Shown: in pieces, positions 8,962 to 18,715 of the stretch
Position numbering within the stretch: position 1 is the first letter of the stretch
Layout: each line of letters begins with the position of its first letter
NCBI GenBank assembly: GCA_046597055.1
Contig: JBKJLC010000014.1
Location: 1-19,229 of the forward strand
Direction: 5' to 3'
Length of the DNA stretch: 19,229 bases
From: Kofleriaceae bacterium
GTDB lineage: Bacteria > Myxococcota_A > Polyangia > Haliangiales > Haliangiaceae
Notes under the pieces: model-generated
Seen by the model: only the letters and a program-made list of their open reading frames with translations
Databases searched by the model: none
What the model was told of the DNA's origin: nothing
Translations under genes and position numbers: made by a program

Positions 8962-10260
8962 TTATGCGAAGAGTGCCCGAAGGAGCGCGGCGTCGCCATG
9001 CGAGGCGGCCGCGATCGCGGCGCTGGCGACGGCGATGGGATCGCCTCCATCCACGGCGTAGGCTGAGGCCGCGTCGACCGCGAGCACGTGGGTCCAGCCG
9101 ACCTCGCCGGCGTAGCGCCGGCGCTCGGTCGGGTCACCGCCGACCAGATCGACCGCGGCGCGCAGGCCGGTGGCGCGCAGGGCCTGGGCGATCCGGCCTG
9201 CGGCCTCGCGATCAGCGCCGATCACCAGCACGCCGGGGGTTGGCGCCGGCGCCGACACCTGGGCCGCGCGCTGGGCCTGGGCGATCGCCTCGATGTCGAC
9301 CGCGAAGCCGACCGCGCGCGCGGCCCGCCCGTAGCGCCCGACCAGCGTGTCGTACCGCCCGCCGCGCAGCACGGCGTCGCCGGCGCCGCGCGCGTAGCCG
9401 GCGAAGCGGAGGCCGGTGTAGTACTCGAAGCCGCGCAGCTCGCCGAGATCGGCGGTGAAGCGGGCCTCGGGCGCGAGCCGGCGCGCGCTGGCCACCGCCC
9501 GCTCGAGCTCGCCGAGCGCGGTCGCGACCGAGTCGGGCCACGGCAGGGCCTTCGCGCGCGCGAGCACCTCGTCGACCGGCCCCCACAGATCGCACAGCGC
9601 GACCGCCAGCTTGGCCAGCCCGTTCATTGCCGGCAAGGCCGCCGCGCGGGCGACCTGGGCCTTGTCCTTCTTGCCGAGCGCCAGCGCCAGCGCCGCGCGC
9701 GCCGCCGGATCGTCGATCGCCTCGAGCACCGCGCGGGCCGGCGCGACGTGGCCGACGTCGAGCTGCGCCGGCAGGCCGATGGTCGCCAGCGCGGCCGCCG
9801 CGACCGCGAGCGCCTCGGCGTCGGCGTCGGGCCCGCCGGCGCCGGCTCCGATCAGCTCGACCCCGGCCTGCAGGATCTCGCGCTGCGCGAGCGGGCCGCG
9901 GCTCGGGCTGGTCAGGCGGTTGACCGCGCCCTCGTAGCAGAGGCGCAGGGGGCCCTCGATGTCGGCGAGCCGGGTCGCGGCGATGCGCGCGACCTGCGGC
10001 GTGAAGTCGGGTCGCAGCGCGACGACCTCACCCGAGCCCGGCTCGACGAAGCGGAGCGCGGCGGCCCGGGCATCGGCGCCGAGGCCGCGCTCGAGGACGT
10101 CGGCGCACTCGAACACCGGCGTGATCAGCCGCTCGTACCCCCAGGCGGCGAACGCCTCGAGCAGGCGCTCGGCGATCGCGCGGCGGCGCGCGGCGGCGCG
10201 CGGCAGGAAGTCACGCACGCCCTGGGGCAGGCGGACCGGGCTCGAGTCGTTCGTCATCAT
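8962..10260 (-). CDS. hisZ: ATP phosphoribosyltransferase regulatory subunit
   Basis: HisRS-like fold motifs LPQGVRDFLP, LRPDFTPQVAR, REILQAGVELIG, YYTG and GGRYD. It lacks the HisRS FRYERPQ-type motif 2 loop and lies directly upstream of purA, the usual hisZ context. Confidence 0.92.
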   Translation of the reverse strand: MMTNDSSPVRLPQGVRDFLPRAAARRRAIAERLLEAFAAWGYERLITPVFECADVLERGLGADARAAALRFVEPGSGEVVALRPDFTPQVARIAATRLADIEGPLRLCYEGAVNRLTSPSRGPLAQREILQAGVELIGAGAGGPDADAEALAVAAAALATIGLPAQLDVGHVAPARAVLEAIDDPAARAALALALGKKDKAQVARAAALPAMNGLAKLAVALCDLWGPVDEVLARAKALPWPDSVATALGELERAVASARRLAPEARFTADLGELRGFEYYTGLRFAGYARGAGDAVLRGGRYDTLVGRYGRAARAVGFAVDIEAIAQAQRAAQVSAPAPTPGVLVIGADREAAGRIAQALRATGLRAAVDLVGGDPTERRRYAGEVGWTHVLAVDAASAYAVDGGDPIAVASAAIAAASHGDAALLRALFA

Positions 10261-10273
10261 GGGACTCCCAGGC

Positions 10274-11053
10274 TCAGATCGGAGTGGGGACCCCGACGAA
10301 GTGGACCGACAGCGACGGGAACTGCATGCGCAGCTCGTCGGCGACCCGCTGCGGGCCGTAGACCTCGGTGGCGTAATGGCCAGCCGCGACCAGCGTGATC
10401 TGCAGCTCGCGCGCGAGCTCGGCCGATCGTTCGGCGAGCTCGCCGGTGAGATAGAGGTCGCAGCCGGCCAGCGCGGCGTCCTCGACCAGATCGCCGGCGG
10501 CGCCGGTGCACAGGCCGACCTTGCGCACGGTGTCGGGTCCGTACGGGAACACGAACGGCGCGGCGCGGGTGCCGAGCACGCCGGCGGTGATGCGCGCGAT
10601 CGCCTCGTCGCGCGGCAGCGGCTGCGGCCAGGTCCCGGCCAACCCGAGCGCGATGCCGCGGACGTCGCCGAACGCCTCGCGCCCGGCGAGGGTCAGCCCG
10701 ATCGCGTCGGCGAGGCCGGTGTTGTTGCCGAGCCGCGCGTGCTTGTCCATCGGCAGGTGATAACCGGCAAGCGAGACGTCGTTGGCGAGCAGCTGGCGCA
10801 GGCGGCGCGCGACCGGGCCGGTGACCCGCGCGATGCCGCCGCCCCACAGCAGCCCGTGGTGGACGACGATCAGGTCGGCGCCCAGCTCGATCGCGCGGTC
10901 GAACAGCGCCTGGTTGGCCGAGACGCCGGTGACGATGGTGTCGACCTCGGGCGCGCCCTCGACCTGCAGGCCATTGAGCCCGAAGTCCTTGAACCGGCTG
11001 ATCTCGAAGGTGGTGTCGAGATACGCAACGACGTCGCGGAGATGCACCGGCAT
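10274..11053 (-). CDS. Nif3-like dinuclear metal-centre protein (DUF34/YbgI family)
   Basis: Motifs NGLQVEG, VHHGLLW, YHLPMDKH..LGNN, YLTGE and AAGHYATE. Confidence 0.95.
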   Translation of the reverse strand: MPVHLRDVVAYLDTTFEISRFKDFGLNGLQVEGAPEVDTIVTGVSANQALFDRAIELGADLIVVHHGLLWGGGIARVTGPVARRLRQLLANDVSLAGYHLPMDKHARLGNNTGLADAIGLTLAGREAFGDVRGIALGLAGTWPQPLPRDEAIARITAGVLGTRAAPFVFPYGPDTVRKVGLCTGAAGDLVEDAALAGCDLYLTGELAERSAELARELQITLVAAGHYATEVYGPQRVADELRMQFPSLSVHFVGVPTPI

Positions 11054-11091
11054 GGCGTCGCTCGCGGTATAGGCGGGTCGACGCGGAGAGT

Positions 11092-11211
11092 CAACGCCCC
11101 CCGCCCCTGCCGGGCGCGCCCGTTACCGGGCGGCGGGCTGCGCCCGCGGGGTCCTTGCGCTGCGCGATACAACGCCCCCGCCCCTGCCGGGCGCGCCCGT
11201 CACCGGGCGGC
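11092..11211. repeat. Two ~42-bp direct repeats separated by 35 bp in a divergent intergenic region
   Basis: CAACGCCCCCCGCCCCTGCCGGGCGCGCCCGTTACCGGGCGGC (11092-11134) and CAACGCCCCCGCCCCTGCCGGGCGCGCCCGTCACCGGGCGGC (11170-11211) differ by one indel and one substitution. Confidence 0.9.
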
Positions 11212-11276
11212 CCTGCCCTTGATCCACCCCGCAAGCGCAAGCCCACCGGCACCGGCGTCACGTGGTAAACGACCGC

Positions 11277-12908
<1,632 letters not shown>

Positions 12909-14012
12909 CTACTTCGAGCGCGTGGACTGCTTCGCCGCCGGCTGCTTCCCCGCCGGCTGCTTCCCCGCCGGCTGCTTCCCCGCCGATTTCCCGCCGGCGT
13001 CGTGAGGCGCCGCGGCTGGATCCGCGGACCCCGCTGACCCTTGCTCGTCCGGCGGCTCGCCGGCATCCGCAGCGATCGCGAGCGGCGGATCCCCGGGCCG
13101 CGCGCAGCGGATCTTGGAGAGCCAGTCGATCGCCTTCGTCCGGTCGGTGTCGAACAACACCACCACGATCGCGAAGACCGCCTGCTTGTCTCCGTCGCAT
13201 CGCCACAGGCTCGTGACGACGCCATTGCGAGTCCCATCTTCGTTCTTCATCGAGCCCTGTTCGAACGAGCGGGAAGCCGACCCGACGCTCCGCACGGCGC
13301 GGCCGTCGCGGTCCATCGTGACGTTCGCGCCCGCGCCCAGCAGGTTCGGCAGCAGCTTGGTCATCAGCTCCATGCTCTCGCTGTCCGCGGACGTGGTGTC
13401 GAAGATCGCGATGAGCTCGCCGTTCGTGATCGAGAACTGGCTGCGGTCCTGGTCGACATACCGGAAGCCGGCCAGCGTCGTGGGATCGTCGACCCCGATC
13501 GGCGTGGTCGAGCCGAGCTGCTTCTCGTCGGCGGCGACCGGGGTGCACGCGAACGACCCCAGCATCCGGTCGCGCAGCTTCTCGAACGAGGCGCCGCCCA
13601 CGATGCCGATCATCACGCTGCGCCCACCGCACACGACGTTGGTGAACGAGAAACGCGCGATCCCGCCGATGTTGCCTTCGACCTGCACGGCCTGCTGACC
13701 GCCGATCGTCGGGGAGCGAGCAGGGTCGAGCTCGACGTCCTCACCCTTCGCCGCCGTCTCCATCAGCGCCTTGACCGTCATGTTCAGTCCGGCCGGGTCG
13801 AGCGTCCCGCCCTCACTCCACGAGACGCTGATGCCGAGCATCCCCTGATCCGCCTGGATCTCGTCGTCGCGATAGCTGAGCTCGGGCTTCACCTCCACGA
13901 ACGCCGGCACGTCGAGCGAGAACCCCGGCAGCTGCCGCTTGTGGAGCTCGTGCTCCCGAGGGCTGCAGGACGTCAGGGCCGCGACCGCCAGGAACCCACA
14001 CCAGATGCGCAT
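12909..14012 (-). CDS. Hypothetical lipoprotein
   Basis: Likely start ATG 14012: MRIWCGFLAVAALTSC with lipobox LTSC. The longer ORF to 14495 overlaps the sigma gene. Low-complexity C-terminus with AGKQP repeats. Confidence 0.75.
   Translation of the reverse strand: MRIWCGFLAVAALTSCSPREHELHKRQLPGFSLDVPAFVEVKPELSYRDDEIQADQGMLGISVSWSEGGTLDPAGLNMTVKALMETAAKGEDVELDPARSPTIGGQQAVQVEGNIGGIARFSFTNVVCGGRSVMIGIVGGASFEKLRDRMLGSFACTPVAADEKQLGSTTPIGVDDPTTLAGFRYVDQDRSQFSITNGELIAIFDTTSADSESMELMTKLLPNLLGAGANVTMDRDGRAVRSVGSASRSFEQGSMKNEDGTRNGVVTSLWRCDGDKQAVFAIVVVLFDTDRTKAIDWLSKIRCARPGDPPLAIAADAGEPPDEQGSAGSADPAAAPHDAGGKSAGKQPAGKQPAGKQPAAKQSTRSK
12927..12986. repeat. 15-bp tandem repeat x4 within the lipoprotein 3' end
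   Basis: CTGCTTC(C/G)CCGCCGG units encode (P/S)A(G/A)KQ on the minus strand. Confidence 0.9.
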
Positions 14013-14075
14013 GGCGCACGATAGCGCAGGGCCCGGTAAGCTGGTGGAATCTCGAGCGGTCGGTAAAACCAGCGA

Positions 14076-14091
14076 ACGGATGGGCATCCGT
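14076..14091. promoter_or_regulatory. 7-2-7 inverted repeat in the divergent promoter region, possible operator
   Basis: ACGGATG-GG-CATCCGT, with outer complementary arms AAACC (14066-14070) and GGTTT (14094-14098). Confidence 0.35.
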
Positions 14092-14150
14092 GAGGTTTGC
14101 GCGAACACCGCCGTCTCTATCGGGCAGGACCGGCTTACAAAGGAGATCAG

Positions 14151-14804
14151 GTGCTCGTGGCGGATGAGGAGGAGCTCGAGACGTTGGTGGTCGCGGCAGC
14201 GGCCCGGGACGAATCGGCGTGGCAACGGCTGTGGTCGGCGACCGAGCCCCAGCTGCTGCGGATCGTGGCCCAGCCGCGGTTCCTCGGCCGGCTCGGCCAG
14301 CGCGAGGACGATCGCCGCAACATCGTGGTCGCGGTGATGGCCCGCTTGCGCGCCGACCACTTCAAGCGGCTCGCCATGTACCTCGAGGCGCGCGCGACGA
14401 ATCCGCGGCTGCGCTTCATGAGCTGGCTGCGCGTCGTCGCGAAGCGGGTCGGCATCGATTACCTGCGCGCGCATCCCGACTACGTACGCCGGCACGAGCC
14501 GGATGCGAGCCGGCCCGGCGTGTGGATCGATCCAGCGACGCTGCCGCCGGCGAGCCAGCTGCGAGGCGAACGTCCGCCGGTGACCGATCGCGGGACCGCC
14601 CGGACGATGCTGCAGTTCGCGGCCGACGCGATCCCCGATGACCAGCGCCGCGCGCTCGAGCTGTGGACCCAGAGCGAGAGCTTCGAGGACATCGCACGCA
14701 CGCTTGGCTTATCGACCGGGCAGCAGGCGGAGCGCATGGTGCGTGCGGCGATCGAGCGGTTGCGCCGGCGGTTTCGCGAGGTTGATGTGGATCGCCCGGC
14801 GTGA
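14151..14804 (+). CDS. ECF-type sigma-70 family RNA polymerase sigma factor (atypical)
   Basis: AAGGAG RBS at 14140-14145 before GTG 14151. N-terminal AAARDESAWQRL, region 2 FMSWLRVVAKRVGIDYLR, and region 4 IPDDQRRALELW...SFEDIARTLGL...VRAAIERLRRRF. Its stop overlaps the kinase start (GTGA). Confidence 0.85.
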   Translation: MLVADEEELETLVVAAAARDESAWQRLWSATEPQLLRIVAQPRFLGRLGQREDDRRNIVVAVMARLRADHFKRLAMYLEARATNPRLRFMSWLRVVAKRVGIDYLRAHPDYVRRHEPDASRPGVWIDPATLPPASQLRGERPPVTDRGTARTMLQFAADAIPDDQRRALELWTQSESFEDIARTLGLSTGQQAERMVRAAIERLRRRFREVDVDRPA

Positions 14805-17800
14805 CCGAGCCGGTGGCGTCGGCGGGTTCCAGCTGTCCCGACCTCGACGACCTCGAAGCGTCTCCGCTCACCGCGAGCGTGCTCCAGCATGTCGCTTGCT
14901 GCTTCGCGTGCCGGATCGTCGTCGACGTGTTCGAGCAGCGAGCGGACCTCGACGAGTGTCCGCGATTCGATGCCCTGCTCGCCGCACGCCGCGACGGGAC
15001 CCTCAACAGCGCGGGCAAGAACCTGCTCGATCGTCATCTCGCGAGCTGCGCGAGCTGCCGGTTCGTGGCCGAGACGCTGTCACCTACCCAGGACGCGTTC
15101 GGGGATCACGCGACGCTGCCGAAGGTCGATCCGGCCTGGTACGAGCTCGGGCTCGAGGTGGGACGCGGTGGAATGGGCCGCGTGATCGCGGCGCGCGACC
15201 TCCGCGTCGGCCGTCCGATCGCGGTCAAGGAGCTGCTAGGGCGCTCGCCACAGCTCGCGGCGCGGTTCGAGCGCGAGGCCCGGGTCACCGCCCGGCTGCA
15301 GCATCCGGGCATCGTGCCGATCTACGAGATCGGCCGGTGGCCCGATGGCACGCCGTTCTACACGATGCGCATGGTCGACGGCGGGACGCTCCGCACCGCG
15401 ATCGAGCGCGCCACCGGCCTCCCCGCGCGCCTGGCGTTGCTGCCGGCCGTCATCGCGGCGTCGGAGGCGATCGCGTTCGCGCACGGCCAGCGGGTGATCC
15501 ATCGCGATCTCACGCCGTCGAACATCCTCGTCGGTGCGTACGGCGAGACGGTCGTGATCGACTGGGGGCTCGCGAAGGATCTGTCGCAAGGCATCGTCGG
15601 TGACGAGCCTCCCGCCGATCCGTATCGCACGAGTGCCGCGACACCCGATGGGCTCACGAATGCCGGCGCCGTGATCGGCACGCTCGCGTACATGCCACCC
15701 GAGCAGGCGAACGCGACCGACGTCGACGAGCGCGCCGATGTCTATGCGCTGGGCGCCATCCTCTATCACCTGCTCGCGGGCGCGCCGGCGTATCGCGCGA
15801 GCTCGGTCGACGAGCTGCTGGAGGCGATCAAGGCCGGCGGTCCGCCGAGCATCGACCGGGTCGCACCGACGACGCCGCGCGATCTCGTGAGCATCGTGAC
15901 CAAGGCGATGGCGCGCGACCCCGAGGCGCGGTACCCGAGCGCACGCGAGCTCGCCGACGAGCTGAAGCGGTTCCAGACCGGCCGCATGGTCGAGGCGCAC
16001 TCGTACTCGCGCTACGAGCTGGTCCGCCGGTTCGTCAAGCGCAACCGCGGCGCGGTGACGGTCGCGGCGCTCGCCACGGTCGTGCTCGGCAGCGCGGGAG
16101 CCGCGGCGATCGAACGCATCGTGCGGTCGGGAGCCGAGGCGCGAGAGACCGTGCTGGAGCTCACGCTCGAGAAAGGCCGCGTCGAGCTGCTCGCCGGCAA
16201 CGGCCTCCGTGCGCTGGCGTATCTCCACGAGGCGAACGAGCGCGGCGCGCGCGGCCCGATGCTCGACTTCCTGCTCCGCAGTGCGCTGCTCGGGCTCGGC
16301 GACTCCGAGCGGACGCTCGACTGTGGGGCACAGGTCCGGCACGTCGAGTTCGCCCCGCTCGATCCTGCGACGCCTGCGACGTCAGCGAGGCCAGCGACCA
16401 TGGCCGTCGCGTGTCACGACCTCGCGAAGGTGTGGCGGGTCGCCGACGGCACGCTCGTCGCGAGCCTCGGGGTCGGCGGGTCGGCATCCGGCGAGGCGCT
16501 GCTCTACCCCGGCGGCTTCGACATGCTGGCCTACTCGCACGACGGCGAGACGCTCGCGACGTGGGGCCAGGAAGGCGTCGCGCGGCTGTGGGACGCGAGG
16601 ACCGGCGCGCTGAAGACGACCTACAAGCACGGCGCGCGCATCACGTTCACCACGTTCACGCCGAACGATGATCGGATCGCCACGGCGGGCGATGACGGCT
16701 TCGTGCGGATCTGGGATGCGAGCACGCCGACCCCGCTGCGCGCGATCGAGGCTGCCGCGATCGGCCCGCGCAGCGTCTACGGAGTGCTCAGCAAGGATGG
16801 CACGCGCGTGTACACGATGACGCTGCTTGGCCGCGGCCGCGCGTGGAGCGTCGAGACCGGCGAGGAGCTCGGCTCGTTCGATCATGGTGGGGTCGTGTTC
16901 GGGGGCCAGGCCTCGCCAGATGGCAAGCACGTGCTGTCGTGCGGGCTCGACGGCACCACCCGGCTGTGGGACGTCACGACCGGCACGCTGCAGTTCACGC
17001 TCTCGGGTCACACGAGCCTCGTCGTGAAGTGCGTGTTCAGCAGCGACAGCGCGCTCGCGCTGACGACGGGGTATGACGGGATGGCGAAGGTCTGGGACGT
17101 GGCCACGGGCCGGCTCATCACGCCGGTGAGCCACGGTGACATCGTGGTGAACGGGAGCTTCGCGGCCGACACCGCGCGGTTCGTCACGATCGGCATCGGT
17201 GGCGGCATCAAGATCTGGGACACCCGCTCGGGCGCGCTGCTCGCGAGCCACGACGCCGTGCGGGGCAGCGACGCGCAGTTCTCGCCCGACGGCCAGCACC
17301 TCGTCGGCTTGCGTGGCGACTTCCGCGTCCAGGTCTGGGGAACGACGTCGAGCCGGATCGGGTCGGTGCGGGCCGCCGCGGGCGCCAGCGTCCTCGGCGT
17401 GACCGACGATGGCCGCGGCGTCATGGTCACGGCGGGCGGCAGCGTGAACCTGCGGGACCCGACCGCCCCGGCCTACCAGATCAGCGGCTTGTGGCCTCCG
17501 ATCGCCACGAGCACGCAGCGGATCGCGGCGCTGAACGCGACCGGAGTGGTGGTCCACGACCCGACGACGCGCACGACCTTCGCGCTCCCGCTCGCGGTCA
17601 GCCCGGCACCCTCGGCGCTGCACCTGTCCGGCGATGGGCGGCGACTCGCGGTGATGCGAGAGCCCGGTGCGCCCGAGATCTGGGACGTCGAGACCGCCAC
17701 CCGGCTCGCCGCACTCGACGGCGCGACGCACGCGCTCCTGAGCCACGACGGCCGGCGCGCGGTCGGCTGGCGTGGTCCAGGCTCGCCCGCGGTGATCTGG

Positions 17801-18715
17801 GACCTCGACGATCCTGCGCGCCGCGTCACGATCCCGAGCGCCGGTCGGCCGGTTGGCTTCTCGCGGGACGGCACGCGGCTCGCGCTCGTCCAGCACGGCC
17901 CGACGGGCGAAGTCTCGTTGTGGAACGCGAGCTGGGGGACGCCGGTGTTCGTGCAGCGCGACGTCAACGTGGTGCCCTCGTTCGATCCGACCGGCCGCTG
18001 GCTGACCACGATCGGCAGCATCGATCGCGTCGTCACGGTGCGAGACACCCGCGATGGCACGATCGAGAGCTCGTTCGTCGGCGAGCAACTCCTGGCCGCG
18101 CAGGTCAACGGCGATGCGAGCCTGGTCGTGGGGATCGGAGACTACGGGCGGACGGTGCTCGTGATGAGCGCGATCGATGGGCGCATCCTCGCGCGCTGGC
18201 CGATCGAGCAGGCTAACCCGGTCGTGACCGAGACCGGCTTCGCCCCGCCGAGCGCCTCGGCGTGGTGGACACCTGACTCCACTGGAATCGTCAGTCGGGC
18301 CACCAGCGTGACCTTGTGGAGCGCGAGCAGCGCGCCCAGTACCGACGAGCTTCGCCAGCGCGTGCGCAAGAACGTGCGGTGGAACGTGGTCAACGGCCAG
18401 CTGCAGTTGATCCAGAACGCACGGCTGTCGGGTCGGGTTACCCGCAAGGGTGAGCCGATCCGCGACGCCGTCGTCCGGATCGATATCCGCACCTCATCGG
18501 ACGTCGGCACCTCCGCGATCAACTGGCAGACGATGAAGGCGAAGTTCTCGCGGGTCGAGCAGTCGCCCGCGGCCAATGGCAGCTTCGTGTTCGAGGACCT
18601 CGTATTCGGCGAGTACGCGCTGAGCGTCACCGCGTCGGGGGTGACGAAGACGTTCGACGTTCACGTCGGCCCCGACGAGAACCCGCTCGAGCTCGAGGTC
18701 GACCCGGTTCACTGA
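14801..18715 (+). CDS. Membrane Ser/Thr protein kinase with two N-terminal HxxxCxxC zinc-finger (ZAS/zf-HC2-like) motifs, WD40 beta-propeller region and C-terminal beta-sandwich
   Basis: HVACCFAC and HLASCASC; Hanks motifs GRGGMGRV, IAVKE, HRDLTPSN, DWG, GTLAYMPPEQ and DVYALG; hydrophobic segment AVTVAALATVVLGSAGAAAI; many WD repeats (RLWDA, RIWDA, RLWDV, KVWDV, KIWDT, EIWDV, VIWDL); C-terminal LSGRVT..GEPI...GSFVFEDL..GEYALSV (carboxypeptidase-regulatory-like). Confidence 0.93.
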   Translation: MTEPVASAGSSCPDLDDLEASPLTASVLQHVACCFACRIVVDVFEQRADLDECPRFDALLAARRDGTLNSAGKNLLDRHLASCASCRFVAETLSPTQDAFGDHATLPKVDPAWYELGLEVGRGGMGRVIAARDLRVGRPIAVKELLGRSPQLAARFEREARVTARLQHPGIVPIYEIGRWPDGTPFYTMRMVDGGTLRTAIERATGLPARLALLPAVIAASEAIAFAHGQRVIHRDLTPSNILVGAYGETVVIDWGLAKDLSQGIVGDEPPADPYRTSAATPDGLTNAGAVIGTLAYMPPEQANATDVDERADVYALGAILYHLLAGAPAYRASSVDELLEAIKAGGPPSIDRVAPTTPRDLVSIVTKAMARDPEARYPSARELADELKRFQTGRMVEAHSYSRYELVRRFVKRNRGAVTVAALATVVLGSAGAAAIERIVRSGAEARETVLELTLEKGRVELLAGNGLRALAYLHEANERGARGPMLDFLLRSALLGLGDSERTLDCGAQVRHVEFAPLDPATPATSARPATMAVACHDLAKVWRVADGTLVASLGVGGSASGEALLYPGGFDMLAYSHDGETLATWGQEGVARLWDARTGALKTTYKHGARITFTTFTPNDDRIATAGDDGFVRIWDASTPTPLRAIEAAAIGPRSVYGVLSKDGTRVYTMTLLGRGRAWSVETGEELGSFDHGGVVFGGQASPDGKHVLSCGLDGTTRLWDVTTGTLQFTLSGHTSLVVKCVFSSDSALALTTGYDGMAKVWDVATGRLITPVSHGDIVVNGSFAADTARFVTIGIGGGIKIWDTRSGALLASHDAVRGSDAQFSPDGQHLVGLRGDFRVQVWGTTSSRIGSVRAAAGASVLGVTDDGRGVMVTAGGSVNLRDPTAPAYQISGLWPPIATSTQRIAALNATGVVVHDPTTRTTFALPLAVSPAPSALHLSGDGRRLAVMREPGAPEIWDVETATRLAALDGATHALLSHDGRRAVGWRGPGSPAVIWDLDDPARRVTIPSAGRPVGFSRDGTRLALVQHGPTGEVSLWNASWGTPVFVQRDVNVVPSFDPTGRWLTTIGSIDRVVTVRDTRDGTIESSFVGEQLLAAQVNGDASLVVGIGDYGRTVLVMSAIDGRILARWPIEQANPVVTETGFAPPSASAWWTPDSTGIVSRATSVTLWSASSAPSTDELRQRVRKNVRWNVVNGQLQLIQNARLSGRVTRKGEPIRDAVVRIDIRTSSDVGTSAINWQTMKAKFSRVEQSPAANGSFVFEDLVFGEYALSVTASGVTKTFDVHVGPDENPLELEVDPVH

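Noticed and set aside
8962..10260. Histidyl-tRNA synthetase (hisS)
   Set aside because: The motif 2 loop is degenerate and the gene is adjacent to purA, both of which favour HisZ.
11092..11211. Possible minimal CRISPR array (42-bp repeat, 35-bp spacer)
   Set aside because: Only two repeats, no cas genes and no AT-rich leader. The spacer pairs with nearby sequence, which fits a local structure better.
11054..11276. Cobalamin riboswitch upstream of the B12-dependent mutase
   Set aside because: I could not find the conserved GGGAA, GCCACTG or B12-box elements by eye. An Rfam scan would settle it.
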